Positions 29,504 to 38,900 of a stretch of DNA of 64,000 nt are shown here, piece after piece. The position numbers and the translations under genes were made by a program. Within the stretch, counting starts at the first letter, position 1. Every line of letters starts with the position of its first letter. Below the pieces are notes generated by a model that was not told the DNA's origin, searched no databases, and was given only the letters and a program-made list of their open reading frames with translations. Source of the stretch: an uncultured Lutibacter sp. (GTDB lineage Bacteria; Bacteroidota; Bacteroidia; Flavobacteriales; Flavobacteriaceae); contig NZ_CALAEQ010000049.1 in NCBI RefSeq assembly GCF_937891065.1, positions 2,569 to 66,568 of the forward strand. Reading direction: 5' to 3'.

Positions 29504-30343
29504 ATGTTTAAAATAATTGAAAAGGAATTTCTATCTGAAAATGTTGCCAGATTAAGTATAGAAGCTCCATATATTGCTAAAAGTAGAAAAGCAGGAAATT
29601 TTATCATTTTAAGAATTGATGAAAAAGGAGAAAGAATTCCTTTAACAATTGCCGATGCAAATACTGAAAAAGGAACAATTTATGTAATAGTTCAAAGAGT
29701 TGGAGTTTCGTCTCATAAATTGTGTGATATGAATGTTGGAGATACTATTTTAGATGTTGTAGGTCCACTAGGTACAGCAACTCATATTGCAAATGTTGGC
29801 ACAGTTTTATGTGCTGGAGGAGGTGTTGGTGTTGCACCACTTTTCCCAATTGTACAAGCAATGAAATTAGCGGGCAATAGAGTAATAACAGTAATTGCAG
29901 CAAGAACAAAAGAACTTGTTATTTTAGAGAATGAAATGAGGGAATACTCAGATGAATTAATTATTATGACAGATGATGGTTCTTTAGGTGAAAAAGGATT
30001 AGTAACTCTAGGAATGGAAAAAGTAATTCAACGAGAAAAGGTAAATGAAGCAGTTGTTATTGGTCCAGCTATAATGATGAAGTTTGCAGCTTTAACAACT
30101 AAAAAATATGATATACCTACAGTTGCAAGTTTAAATACTATCATGGTTGATGGAACAGGAATGTGTGGAGCTTGTAGGGTTTCTGTTGGTGGAAAAACTG
30201 AATTTGTTTGTGTTAGTGGTCCTGAGTTTGACGCGCATCAAGTAAATTTTGATGAAATGTTAAGCAGATTAAATGCCTATAAAACGAAGGAATCAAGTGG
30301 TTATAGTGATTATTTAAAATCTTTAAAGCCAGTATTAAACTAA
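29504..30343 (+). CDS. sulfide/dihydroorotate dehydrogenase-like FAD/NAD-binding subunit (NfnA/SudB-like)
   Basis: FNR-like fold (RIPLTIAD, GGGVGVAP) with a C-terminal Cys cluster (GMCGACRV...FVCVSGPEF). The start is taken at ATG 29504. Confidence 0.75.
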   Translation: MFKIIEKEFLSENVARLSIEAPYIAKSRKAGNFIILRIDEKGERIPLTIADANTEKGTIYVIVQRVGVSSHKLCDMNVGDTILDVVGPLGTATHIANVGTVLCAGGGVGVAPLFPIVQAMKLAGNRVITVIAARTKELVILENEMREYSDELIIMTDDGSLGEKGLVTLGMEKVIQREKVNEAVVIGPAIMMKFAALTTKKYDIPTVASLNTIMVDGTGMCGACRVSVGGKTEFVCVSGPEFDAHQVNFDEMLSRLNAYKTKESSGYSDYLKSLKPVLN

Positions 30344-30373
30344 GTTTATTTTTATAATTATATAGCACATAAA

Positions 30374-31867
30374 ATGGGAACAGAATTCGATAAAGAATAT
30401 TATAAAAAAGAACGTAAAGCCGATTGGCGAGATAAATTACGTAAAGAAATAAAGAGCAAAGATCGTACAGAAGGTGTTCGAGTACATATGCCTGAAGCAG
30501 ACCCAAATGTTAGAAATAAAAGCAATATTGAAGTAAATAAAGGGTTAACTTTAGAAATGGCAATGAGTGAATCTTCTCGTTGTTTAGATTGTGCAGTACC
30601 AACTTGTGTGTCAGGTTGTCCGGTAGGTACAAATATTCCAAAGTTTGTAAAGTATATAGAAAAGGGAGATATCTTAGGTGCAGCAAAAGTGTTAAAAGAA
30701 AATAATTCTTTACCGGCAATTTGTGGAAGAGTTTGCCCTCAAGAAATTCAGTGTGAAATAGAATGTGTATATGTTAAAAAATTAAGTAAAGAAGGATCAG
30801 CAATTGGTTATCTTGAAAGATTTGCTGCCGATTATGAACGCGAAAGCGGTAATTCATCCATCCCTGAATTAGCGGAATCTAACGGAATTAAAATGGCAGT
30901 GATAGGTTCTGGACCGGCAGGATTAACAGTAGCTGGTGAGTTAGCAAAATTTGGATATGATGTAACTGTTTTTGAAGCATTACATGATTTAGGAGGCGTT
31001 TTAAAATATGGAATTCCTGAATTTCGTCTTCCAAAAAAAATTGTAGATTTTGAAATAAACACCATTAAACAAATGGGCGTAAAGTTTATTACTAATTTTA
31101 TTGTTGGAAAAACAGCTACAATTGAAGATTTGAAAGAAGAAGGTTTTAAAGCATTTTTTATTGCTTCAGGAGCTGGATTGCCTAATTTTATGAATATTCC
31201 TGGTGAAAATTTTAATGGTATTCAAAGTGCTAATGAATTTCTTACGCGTGTTAATTTAATGAATGGAGATGATGCCAATTTTGACACTCCTGTTCATACA
31301 GGAAAAAATGTTGTAATTGTTGGAGGTGGAAACACAGCAATGGATTCTGTAAGAACTGCAAAACGTATGGGGGCTGAAAGAGCAATTATTGTTTATCGTC
31401 GTTCTCAAGAAGAAATGCCTGCTAGAGCTGAAGAAATTAAACATGCTATTGAAGAAGGAATTGAATTTATGAACCTTACTTCACCAATTGAATACTTTGC
31501 AGATGAAAATGGTATGGTGAATAAGATGAGAGCTCAAAAAATGCAGTTAGGAGAACCAGATGCTTCTGGAAGAAGAAGACCCGAAGTTATTGAAGGTTCT
31601 GAGCACGATATTGATGTAGATAGTGTTGTTATTGCTGTAGGTGTTTCTCCAAATCCAATAATTCAACAAAGTATGCCAGAATTGGAAACAACAAAATGGA
31701 ATACTATAAAAGTAGATGATAATATGATGACTTCTGTTCCAGGTTTGTTTGCCGGAGGAGATATTGTTAGAGGTGGTGCAACTGTTATACTTGCGATGGG
31801 AGATGGAAGAGATGCAGCTCAAGGAATGCATAAATATATACAATCAACTATTTTGGCTGAGGTTTAA
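30374..31867 (+). CDS. NADPH-dependent glutamate synthase small-chain-like oxidoreductase (GltD/NfnB-like)
   Basis: Two ferredoxin-type Cys clusters (CLDCAVPTCVSGCP, CGRVCPQEIQCE), then two Rossmann motifs (VIGSGPAGL, IVGGGNTAMD). Confidence 0.8.
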   Translation: MGTEFDKEYYKKERKADWRDKLRKEIKSKDRTEGVRVHMPEADPNVRNKSNIEVNKGLTLEMAMSESSRCLDCAVPTCVSGCPVGTNIPKFVKYIEKGDILGAAKVLKENNSLPAICGRVCPQEIQCEIECVYVKKLSKEGSAIGYLERFAADYERESGNSSIPELAESNGIKMAVIGSGPAGLTVAGELAKFGYDVTVFEALHDLGGVLKYGIPEFRLPKKIVDFEINTIKQMGVKFITNFIVGKTATIEDLKEEGFKAFFIASGAGLPNFMNIPGENFNGIQSANEFLTRVNLMNGDDANFDTPVHTGKNVVIVGGGNTAMDSVRTAKRMGAERAIIVYRRSQEEMPARAEEIKHAIEEGIEFMNLTSPIEYFADENGMVNKMRAQKMQLGEPDASGRRRPEVIEGSEHDIDVDSVVIAVGVSPNPIIQQSMPELETTKWNTIKVDDNMMTSVPGLFAGGDIVRGGATVILAMGDGRDAAQGMHKYIQSTILAEV

Positions 31868-31874
31868 AATTTCA

Positions 31875-31900
31875 TGTCATATTGAGCTTGTCGAAATATT
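31875..31900 (+). repeat. copy of 25-nt intergenic repeat family
   Basis: tgtcatattgagcttgtcgaaatatt. Confidence 0.6.
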
Positions 31901-31957
31901 ATAAATAACTAAAAACCCTCAAAATTCAATAATTTTTGAGGGTTTTTAGTTATTTAT
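31901..31957. terminator. bidirectional terminator formed by a 24-bp perfect inverted repeat
   Basis: ataaataactaaaaaccctcaaaa ... ttttgagggtttttagttatttat, between convergent genes (gltD-like and metK). Confidence 0.75.
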
Positions 31958-31968
31958 AAAAAGGCTTA

Positions 31969-33225
31969 TTATAATCCAAAAGCTTCTTTTACTTTATCTA
32001 CATAATCTAATTTTTCCCAAGTAAATAGCTCAACATCAATTGTCTTTTTAGTTCCATCAACATTTTCAAAAGTTTTTGAAACAGTTTCGTTTTTACGGCC
32101 CATATGCCCGTAAGCTGCAGTTTCTAAATACATTGGTTGGCGTAATTTTAAGCGTTCTTCAATTGCAAAAGGACGCATGTCAAAAATAGTTCCTATAATT
32201 TCAGCAATTTCTCCATCTGCTTTTTCAATATTTGAAGTACCGTTTGTATTTACATAAATTCCCATAGGTTCAACAACACCAATAGCGTAAGAAACCTGAA
32301 TTAAAACTTCATCAGCAACACCTGCGGCAACTAAATTTTTAGCAATATGACGCGTTGCATATGCAGCACTTCTATCTACTTTACTTGGATCTTTTCCTGA
32401 AAATGCACCACCACCGTGAGCTCCTTTACCACCGTAAGTATCAACAATAATTTTTCTTCCAGTTAAGCCTGTATCACCGTGTGGTCCTCCAATAACAAAT
32501 TTCCCTGTTGGATTTACATGGTACACAATATTGTTATTAAATAATACTTTTGTTGCTGTAGGTAATTTTGCAATTACACGAGGAATTAAAATTGAAATAA
32601 CATCACTTTTAATTTTAGCTAACATGGCTTCATCATTAGGTCCAAAATCATCGTGTTGTGTTGAAACTACAATGTCTTTAATTCTAAAAGGTACATTATC
32701 ATCAGTATATTCAATAGTAACCTGACTTTTAGAATCTGGACGTAAATAAGTAATATCCTTATTTTCTCTACGCAATTCAGCAAGTTCAACTAATATTTTA
32801 TGACTTAAATCCAATGCTAATGGCATAAAATTTTCAGTTTCTTTGGTTGCGTAACCAAACATCATTCCTTGATCACCGGCACCTTGTTGTTCTTTAGAAT
32901 CTCTATCAACACCTTGATTAATATCTTGTGATTGTTCATGAATTGCAGAAAAAACACCGCAAGAATTTCCATCAAACATATATTCACTTTTGGTATACCC
33001 AATTTTATTAATAACGTCTCTAGCTATCTTTTGAACATCTAAATAAGTATTAGACTTTACTTCTCCAGCTAATACAACTTGACCAGTTGTTACTAAGGTT
33101 TCACAAGCAACTTTTGAATTTTCATCAAAGGCTAAAAAATTATCAACTAAAGCATCTGAAATTTGATCAGCAACTTTATCTGGATGTCCTTCTGAAACAG
33201 ATTCGGATGTAAATAAATATGACAT
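31969..33225 (-). CDS. metK: S-adenosylmethionine synthetase
   Basis: 418 aa with [25 protein letters not shown] and GGGAFSGKD motifs. Confidence 0.95.
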   Translation of the reverse strand: MSYLFTSESVSEGHPDKVADQISDALVDNFLAFDENSKVACETLVTTGQVVLAGEVKSNTYLDVQKIARDVINKIGYTKSEYMFDGNSCGVFSAIHEQSQDINQGVDRDSKEQQGAGDQGMMFGYATKETENFMPLALDLSHKILVELAELRRENKDITYLRPDSKSQVTIEYTDDNVPFRIKDIVVSTQHDDFGPNDEAMLAKIKSDVISILIPRVIAKLPTATKVLFNNNIVYHVNPTGKFVIGGPHGDTGLTGRKIIVDTYGGKGAHGGGAFSGKDPSKVDRSAAYATRHIAKNLVAAGVADEVLIQVSYAIGVVEPMGIYVNTNGTSNIEKADGEIAEIIGTIFDMRPFAIEERLKLRQPMYLETAAYGHMGRKNETVSKTFENVDGTKKTIDVELFTWEKLDYVDKVKEAFGL

Positions 33226-33365
33226 AATTATAATTTATTAAATTTAAATTAACGGAAAATTATGGTGATTGCTTTGGTCGCTATAAGAAGTAAATTATTA
33301 CTGCTTTAGCATTTTTTAAAGAGGTTGCAATCAGTTCAAATTTTTCCTCGAGTTATTTTCGGGTG

Positions 33366-33373
33366 CAAAGTTA
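33366..33373 (-). promoter_or_regulatory. -7 promoter box (TAACTTTG) for metK
   Basis: The reverse complement of caaagtta is TAACTTTG. It implies a ~130-nt 5' leader before the ATG at 33225. Confidence 0.4.
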
Positions 33374-33476
33374 TAAAAAATTAAAGCCTAAATAGCAAAT
33401 TAGTCATAAATAATTCATAAAAATGTTTGTAAGGTGTTGATATGAATTCCGACGAAGAAAATTAAAAACGATATTT

Positions 33477-33908
33477 ATGATGAAAAAAATAGTAATATTT
33501 TTATTTAGTTTAGTGTTGATTATGAGTTGTTCTAAAAGTGATGATATGCAAATTGTAATTGAACAAATGGAGGGAGATGTTGTGATTGATGATATGAATT
33601 CTAACACATTTTTCATGGGTGATTTTATTGCCAGAGCGCACCCAACTTCAGGAAAAACATCAGTAAATTCTGATGAAACAATATTGACTTTTACAAATTT
33701 TAAAACAGATAATGGACCAAAGTTGTTAGTTTATTTATCTACAGATGCTAGTTCTACTGAGTACATTAATCTTGGAGATTTAAAAGGTATTTCAGGTGAT
33801 TTCACTTATACAATTCCAACAAATACCGATTTGGAAAAATTTAAAATAGTGAACGTTTGGTGTGTAGATTTCTCAGTAAGTTTTGGTACTGCTGAATTAA
33901 AAAAATAA
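33477..33908 (+). CDS. DM13 domain-containing lipoprotein
   Basis: Lipoprotein signal (LIMSC) and a DM13-like segment (LTFTNFKTDNGPKLLVYLS). Confidence 0.65.
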   Translation: MMKKIVIFLFSLVLIMSCSKSDDMQIVIEQMEGDVVIDDMNSNTFFMGDFIARAHPTSGKTSVNSDETILTFTNFKTDNGPKLLVYLSTDASSTEYINLGDLKGISGDFTYTIPTNTDLEKFKIVNVWCVDFSVSFGTAELKK

Positions 33909-33938
33909 TTTTTTTGTTGCATATTTAAAAAATGTAAT

Positions 33939-33946
33939 TACATTTG
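33939..33946 (+). promoter_or_regulatory. -7 promoter box (TACATTTG) with upstream TTG, driving the metY leader
   Basis: Exact TAnnTTTG. A TTG at 33917-33919 lies 19 nt upstream. The first mini-ORF ATG lies 21 nt downstream. Confidence 0.5.
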
Positions 33947-33966
33947 CAGCAACAAAAAGATAAAAA

Positions 33967-34035
33967 ATGACAATTAAATTGAACAATATGTGTGGTATGA
34001 TGTGTAAAAATTACGCTGAGGCTACTATTGTTTAA
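33967..34035 (+). CDS. candidate leader peptide 1 (22 aa, MTIKLNNMCGMMCKNYAEATIV)
   Basis: Hand-translated. It has 3 internal Met and 2 Cys within 6 consecutive codons, an A-rich start context and a terminator downstream. Confidence 0.55.
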   Translation: MTIKLNNMCGMMCKNYAEATIV

Positions 34036-34056
34036 AATCTAATAATATATAACAAT

Positions 34057-34090
34057 AAAAAACCTCTGAATTATCAGAGGTTTTTTATTT
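34057..34090 (+). terminator. intrinsic terminator 1 in the metY leader
   Basis: cctctga-atta-tcagagg core stem, extendable with A/U pairs, followed by TTTTTT. Confidence 0.75.
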
Positions 34091-34106
34091 TAAAAAAATA
34101 ACTAAA

Positions 34107-34199
34107 ATGAATTTAAATTTCCAAAAAAATATGTGCAACCTAATGACAATGTGTATGCAAATGATGTGTAGCACAATGAAACGGTATTGCCTAAAATAA
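34107..34199 (+). CDS. candidate leader peptide 2 (30 aa, MNLNFQKNMCNLMTMCMQMMCSTMKRYCLK)
   Basis: Hand-translated. It has 7 internal Met and 4 Cys among 29 codons, with the MC dipeptide repeated. A terminator lies downstream. Confidence 0.6.
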   Translation: MNLNFQKNMCNLMTMCMQMMCSTMKRYCLK

Positions 34200-34225
34200 A
34201 TGGAAAAATAAAATCGAAAAGATTT

Positions 34226-34268
34226 AAGTCCCTTTGGTAATATCAAAATACCAAAGGGACTTTTTTTA
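34226..34268 (+). terminator. intrinsic terminator 2 in the metY leader
   Basis: gtccctttggta-(9 nt loop)-taccaaagggac 12-bp stem followed by TTTTTTT. It lies 38 nt before the metY ATG. Confidence 0.8.
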
Positions 34269-34305
34269 TTTCAAAAACTAGAAGAAAAATATTAAAAATA
34301 TAATT

Positions 34306-35595
34306 ATGAGTACTCAAAAAATATCAACACAAGCATTACACGCAGGACACGACACAACTAAAACAGGAGGAACAAGAGCTGTGCCAATTTATCAAACATC
34401 ATCGTATGTATTTAATGATACAGAACACGCAGCAAATTTGTTTTCGTTAAAAGAATTAGGATTTATTTATACACGATTAAACAATCCAACTAACGATATT
34501 TTACAACAACGTTTGGCAGCAATTGAAGGAGGAATAGGAGCAGTTGTTTTTGCTTCAGGAACTTCAGCAATTTCTACAGGATTATTAACTTTATTAAAAG
34601 CAGGAGATCATATTGTAGCTTCTAGTAGTTTGTATGGCGGAACGTTTACACTGTTAAATGTTACCTTACCAAGATTAGGAATTACAACTACGTTTGTAGA
34701 TGCATCAAATCCTGAAAATTTTAAAAATGCTGTTCAAGATAATACAAGAGCCTTTTTTGTGGAATCTTTAGGGAATCCAAAATTAGATGTGTTAGATTTA
34801 GAAGCAATTGCTGAACATTCTAAACCGGCTGGAGTACCATTTATTGTTGATAATACTGTCGCAAGTCCAGCTTTATTGAATCCTATAAAACACGGAGCAA
34901 ATTTAGTAATTCATTCATTAACTAAATATATTGGCGGACAAGGAAACTCTTTAGGAGGTGCAATTATTGATGCAGGTACTTTTGATTGGAGAAATGGAAA
35001 ATTTCCAGAATTTACAGAGCCTTCAGCTGGATATCACGGGTTGGTTTATAGCGAAGCTTTAGGAGCGGCGGCTTTTACATTTAAATTGATTTTAGAAGGA
35101 TTGCGTGATTTTGGAGGTGCTTTAAGTCCGTTTAATGCTTTCCAAATTATTCAAGGATTAGAAACATTACCGGTGCGTATCAAACAACACAGTGCAAATG
35201 CCTTAGAATTAGCACAATGGTTAGAAAGTAGAGAAGAAGTGGCTTGGGTAAATTACCCAGGATTAGAAAGTAGTAAATACAATACTTTAGCTAAAAAATA
35301 TTTACCAAAGGGTCAAAGCGGACTAGTTACTTTTGGTGTTAAAGGAGGTTTTGAAGCTGCTAAAATAGTGACAGATGCTACTAAAATATTTTCGTTATTG
35401 GCAAATATTGGAGATACAAAATCATTAATAATTCACCCAGCAAGTACCACTCATCAACAATTAACGGTTGAGCAACAATCTGCAGCTGGAGTAACACAAG
35501 ATTTAATAAGATTGTCAGTAGGAATTGAAGATATTGATGATTTAAAGCAAGATTTACAAGAGGCTTTTGCAGCAATTTCTGAATTGGCAATATAG
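34306..35595 (+). CDS. metY: O-acetylhomoserine sulfhydrylase (aminocarboxypropyltransferase)
   Basis: 429 aa Cys/Met-metabolism PLP enzyme with the HSLTKYIGG lysine motif. The N-terminus (TQALHAGH...VPIYQTSSY) is typical of MetY/MET17. Confidence 0.9.
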   Translation: MSTQKISTQALHAGHDTTKTGGTRAVPIYQTSSYVFNDTEHAANLFSLKELGFIYTRLNNPTNDILQQRLAAIEGGIGAVVFASGTSAISTGLLTLLKAGDHIVASSSLYGGTFTLLNVTLPRLGITTTFVDASNPENFKNAVQDNTRAFFVESLGNPKLDVLDLEAIAEHSKPAGVPFIVDNTVASPALLNPIKHGANLVIHSLTKYIGGQGNSLGGAIIDAGTFDWRNGKFPEFTEPSAGYHGLVYSEALGAAAFTFKLILEGLRDFGGALSPFNAFQIIQGLETLPVRIKQHSANALELAQWLESREEVAWVNYPGLESSKYNTLAKKYLPKGQSGLVTFGVKGGFEAAKIVTDATKIFSLLANIGDTKSLIIHPASTTHQQLTVEQQSAAGVTQDLIRLSVGIEDIDDLKQDLQEAFAAISELAI

Positions 35596-35598
35596 ATT

Positions 35599-35624
35599 TG
35601 TCATTCCTGTGAAGGCAGGAGTCT
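35599..35624 (+). repeat. short intergenic repeat (variant type)
   Basis: tgtcattcctgtgaaggcaggagtct shares the TGTCAT head with the main family and carries an internal cctg...cagg hairpin. Confidence 0.4.
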
Positions 35625-35728
35625 ATAATTAACAAAATTCAAAAAAAAGTTATTTAAATAGAAAACAATTGTTTAGAAAAAAAATAGTGCGTTAATTTGC
35701 TGCTTAGTTCATATACTTATTGACTATT

Positions 35729-35824
35729 GTTATCAAGAAAGGCAGAGGGAATAGACCCTATGAAGCCTTAGCAACCCTTTATTTATAAAGAAGGTGCTAA
35801 ATTCTACCCATTTGGATAGATAAC
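35729..35824 (+). promoter_or_regulatory. SAM-I (S-box) riboswitch aptamer
   Basis: gttatcaagaaaggcagagggaatagaccctatgaagccttagcaaccc...gaaggtgctaaattctaccc...ggatagataac. It has the conserved GAGGGA, GCAACC and GGUGCUAA cores, and P1 is closed by gttatc/gataac. Confidence 0.85.
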
Positions 35825-35929
35825 TCAATAAAATTACTTCGTGTAGTTTTCTGCAATTTTTCATAACATTATTTTTTAAGCAATATCAACTCAAATTAAT
35901 TGAGTATGAATCAATTTATAATATAATTA

Positions 35930-38900
35930 ATGAGTCAATTAAAAAACATAAGAATATCTAATTTCATTCCTGAGAAAAGAACTGAAGGGCAAGAAATAAA
36001 TTTGTCGTACCAACTATTTGGTAAAGAATTATTTTCTGCACCTATTGTTTTAATAAATCATGCATTAACGGGAAACTCAGATGTAGCTGGTGAAAATGGT
36101 TGGTGGAAAGATGTAGTAGGTGAGGACAAAGTAATAGACACCGGAAAATATACCATTTTAGCATTTAATATACCGGGAAATGGTTATGATGGATTTGTAA
36201 TCGAAAATTATAAAGATTTTGTTGCTCGAGATATTGCAAATCTGTTTTTAATTGGTTTAAAACAACTAAAAGTTAACGAATTATTTGCAATTGTAGGAGG
36301 TTCTTTGGGGGGTGGTATTGCTTGGGAAATGGCAGTTTTAAACCCTGTGATTGCAAAACATTTAATTGTTGTTGCAACAGATTGGAAATCGACTGATTGG
36401 TTGATAGCAAATTGTCAGATTCAAGAACAGTTTTTATCAAATTCATGTAATCCAGTACACGATGCTCGTATGCACGCTATGTTGTGTTATAGAACTCCAG
36501 AATCGTTTAAAGAGCGTTTTCAACGTTCGAAAAATGAAGATTTAGAAATTTTTAATGTTGAGAGTTGGTTGTTGCATCATGGAAATAAATTGCAGGAGCG
36601 TTTTCAATTATCAGCTTATAAATTAATGAATCAATTGTTAAAAACTATTGATGTTACTATAGGAAGAGCAGAAAATGTATTGGATGCAATTAAAGCAAAT
36701 ATTCATATTATAGGAGTAAACTCAGATTTGTTTTTTTCTGCTGAAGAGAACAAAGAAACACAAAAGCAATTAGCGTTATTAAACCCAAATGTTACTTATA
36801 ACGAAATTAATTCTGTTCACGGACACGATGCTTTTTTAATAGAATATGAGCAATTGAAAAAAATAATAGCGCCAATATTTAATAAAAATTTTAAGAATAA
36901 CAACATGAAGGTAGTAAAGTTTGGAGGAAAATCATTAGCAAATGGTAAAGGCTTAGAGAGCACGCTAGCTATTATTAAAAATAAAATAAACCAAGGTGAA
37001 AAGATTGCAGTTGTTGTTTCAGCAAGAGGTAAAACGACTGATCATTTAGAGTCAATTTTAATGAAATCTAAAAATAACTTACCTTATCTAGAAGAGTTTG
37101 AAATGCTTAAAAATTATCAAACAGCAATTGATGAAACTATCAATTTTAATGAAGAGTTTAAATTGTTAGATGAAATTTTTAGAGGTGTTAATTTGTTGGG
37201 TGATTATAGTGAAAAAGTGAAAGATCAGGTACTTTCACAAGGGGAAATATTGTCGGGAAAATCAATTGCATATTTACTGAATAAACAAGGTGTTAAGGCT
37301 AATTTTGTTGATGCTAGAACCTTAATAAAAACAAATGAACAATTTGGAGAAGCTCAACCATTTGAAGGTATTTCAGAAGATAATGTAATAGCACATTTTA
37401 AGCAACATAATGGAGATACTACTCAAATAATCACAGGTTTTATTGGCTCTAATTTAAATGGAGAAACAACAACTTTGGGTAGAAACGGAAGTAATTATAC
37501 AGCTGCTTTAATTGCAAACTTTTTAAATGCTGAAGAGTTTCAAAATTACACACATTTAAACGGAATATATACAGCAAACCCTGATTTGGTTTCCACCTCA
37601 AAAAAGATTGAAAAGCTTTCATATCAAGAAGCCAACGAAATGGCAAATTTTGGAACAGATATTTTACATGCAAAAACCATTATCCCATTAATTGAAAAAA
37701 ATATTCCATTAAGAATCCTAAATACTTTTGATCCAGAAAATGAAGGAACTTTAATAGGTTCTGAAACTGAAAGAGGGGGAATTAAATCTTTGTCGGTTCA
37801 AGAAAATGTATGTTTGGTGAATTTTATTGGTCGAGGTTTATTAGGTAAAGTTGGTGTTGACGGACGAATTTTTGGCTCATTAGGTAAAGAAAATATAAGT
37901 GTTAGTATAATTTCTCAAGGATCCTCAGAACGTGGTATTGGTTTTATTGTTGATGCAAAAGATGGGTACAAGGCTAAAATTGTGTTGGAAAACGAGTTTA
38001 AAAATGAGTTTCAAAGTAAAGATGTAAGTCAAATTTATATTACGGAAGATGTTTCTGTGATATCCGTTATTGGACAAAGTTTACAGTCATTTAATCAACC
38101 TTATAGTGCGTTAATAAAAAATAGGATTACACCAATTTTAATTAATAATACGGTAACTGGTGAGAATGTTTGTTTGGTGGTTAAAAAATCCGATTTACGG
38201 AAAGCGGCAAATGTAATACATGGTGAAATATTTGGTGTTTCAAAAAATATTAACATTGCCATTTTTGGTAAAGGTTTGGTTGGAGGTACTTTAATAGAGC
38301 AAATTTTTAAAAGTCAGCAAAACATTTTAAAACGAAAAAATATTCATTTAAACATTTTCGCAGTTGCAAACTCAACCAATGTATTGTTAGATAAAAACGG
38401 AATTACAACCAATTGGAAAAATGACTTAGAAGATAATTCATTGAAGAACTACACAATTAATGACGTTATTGAATTTGCAGAAAAACATCATTTAGAAAAT
38501 TTAATAGCTATTGATAATACGGCAAGCAGTAAATTTATTGAAAATTATCTTCAGTTGATAGAGAACGGTTTCGATTTAATTTCATCTAATAAAATTGCAA
38601 ATACGGTTCGCTATGATGCTTATAAAGAATTACGTGAAAAAATAAAAGAAAACAATAAATCATATTTATACGAAACCAATGTTGGCGCTGGATTACCATT
38701 GGTTGATACCATTAAGTTACTACATGATTCAGGTGAAAATATTACAAGAATAAGAGGTGTTTTTTCGGGGTCATTAAGCTATTTATTTAATAATTTTTCT
38801 GTTCAAAACAGACCATTTTCAGAAGTTTTACAAGAAGCTATTGAAAACGGATATACAGAACCTGATCCACGTGAAGATTTATGTGGAAATGATGTAGGTC

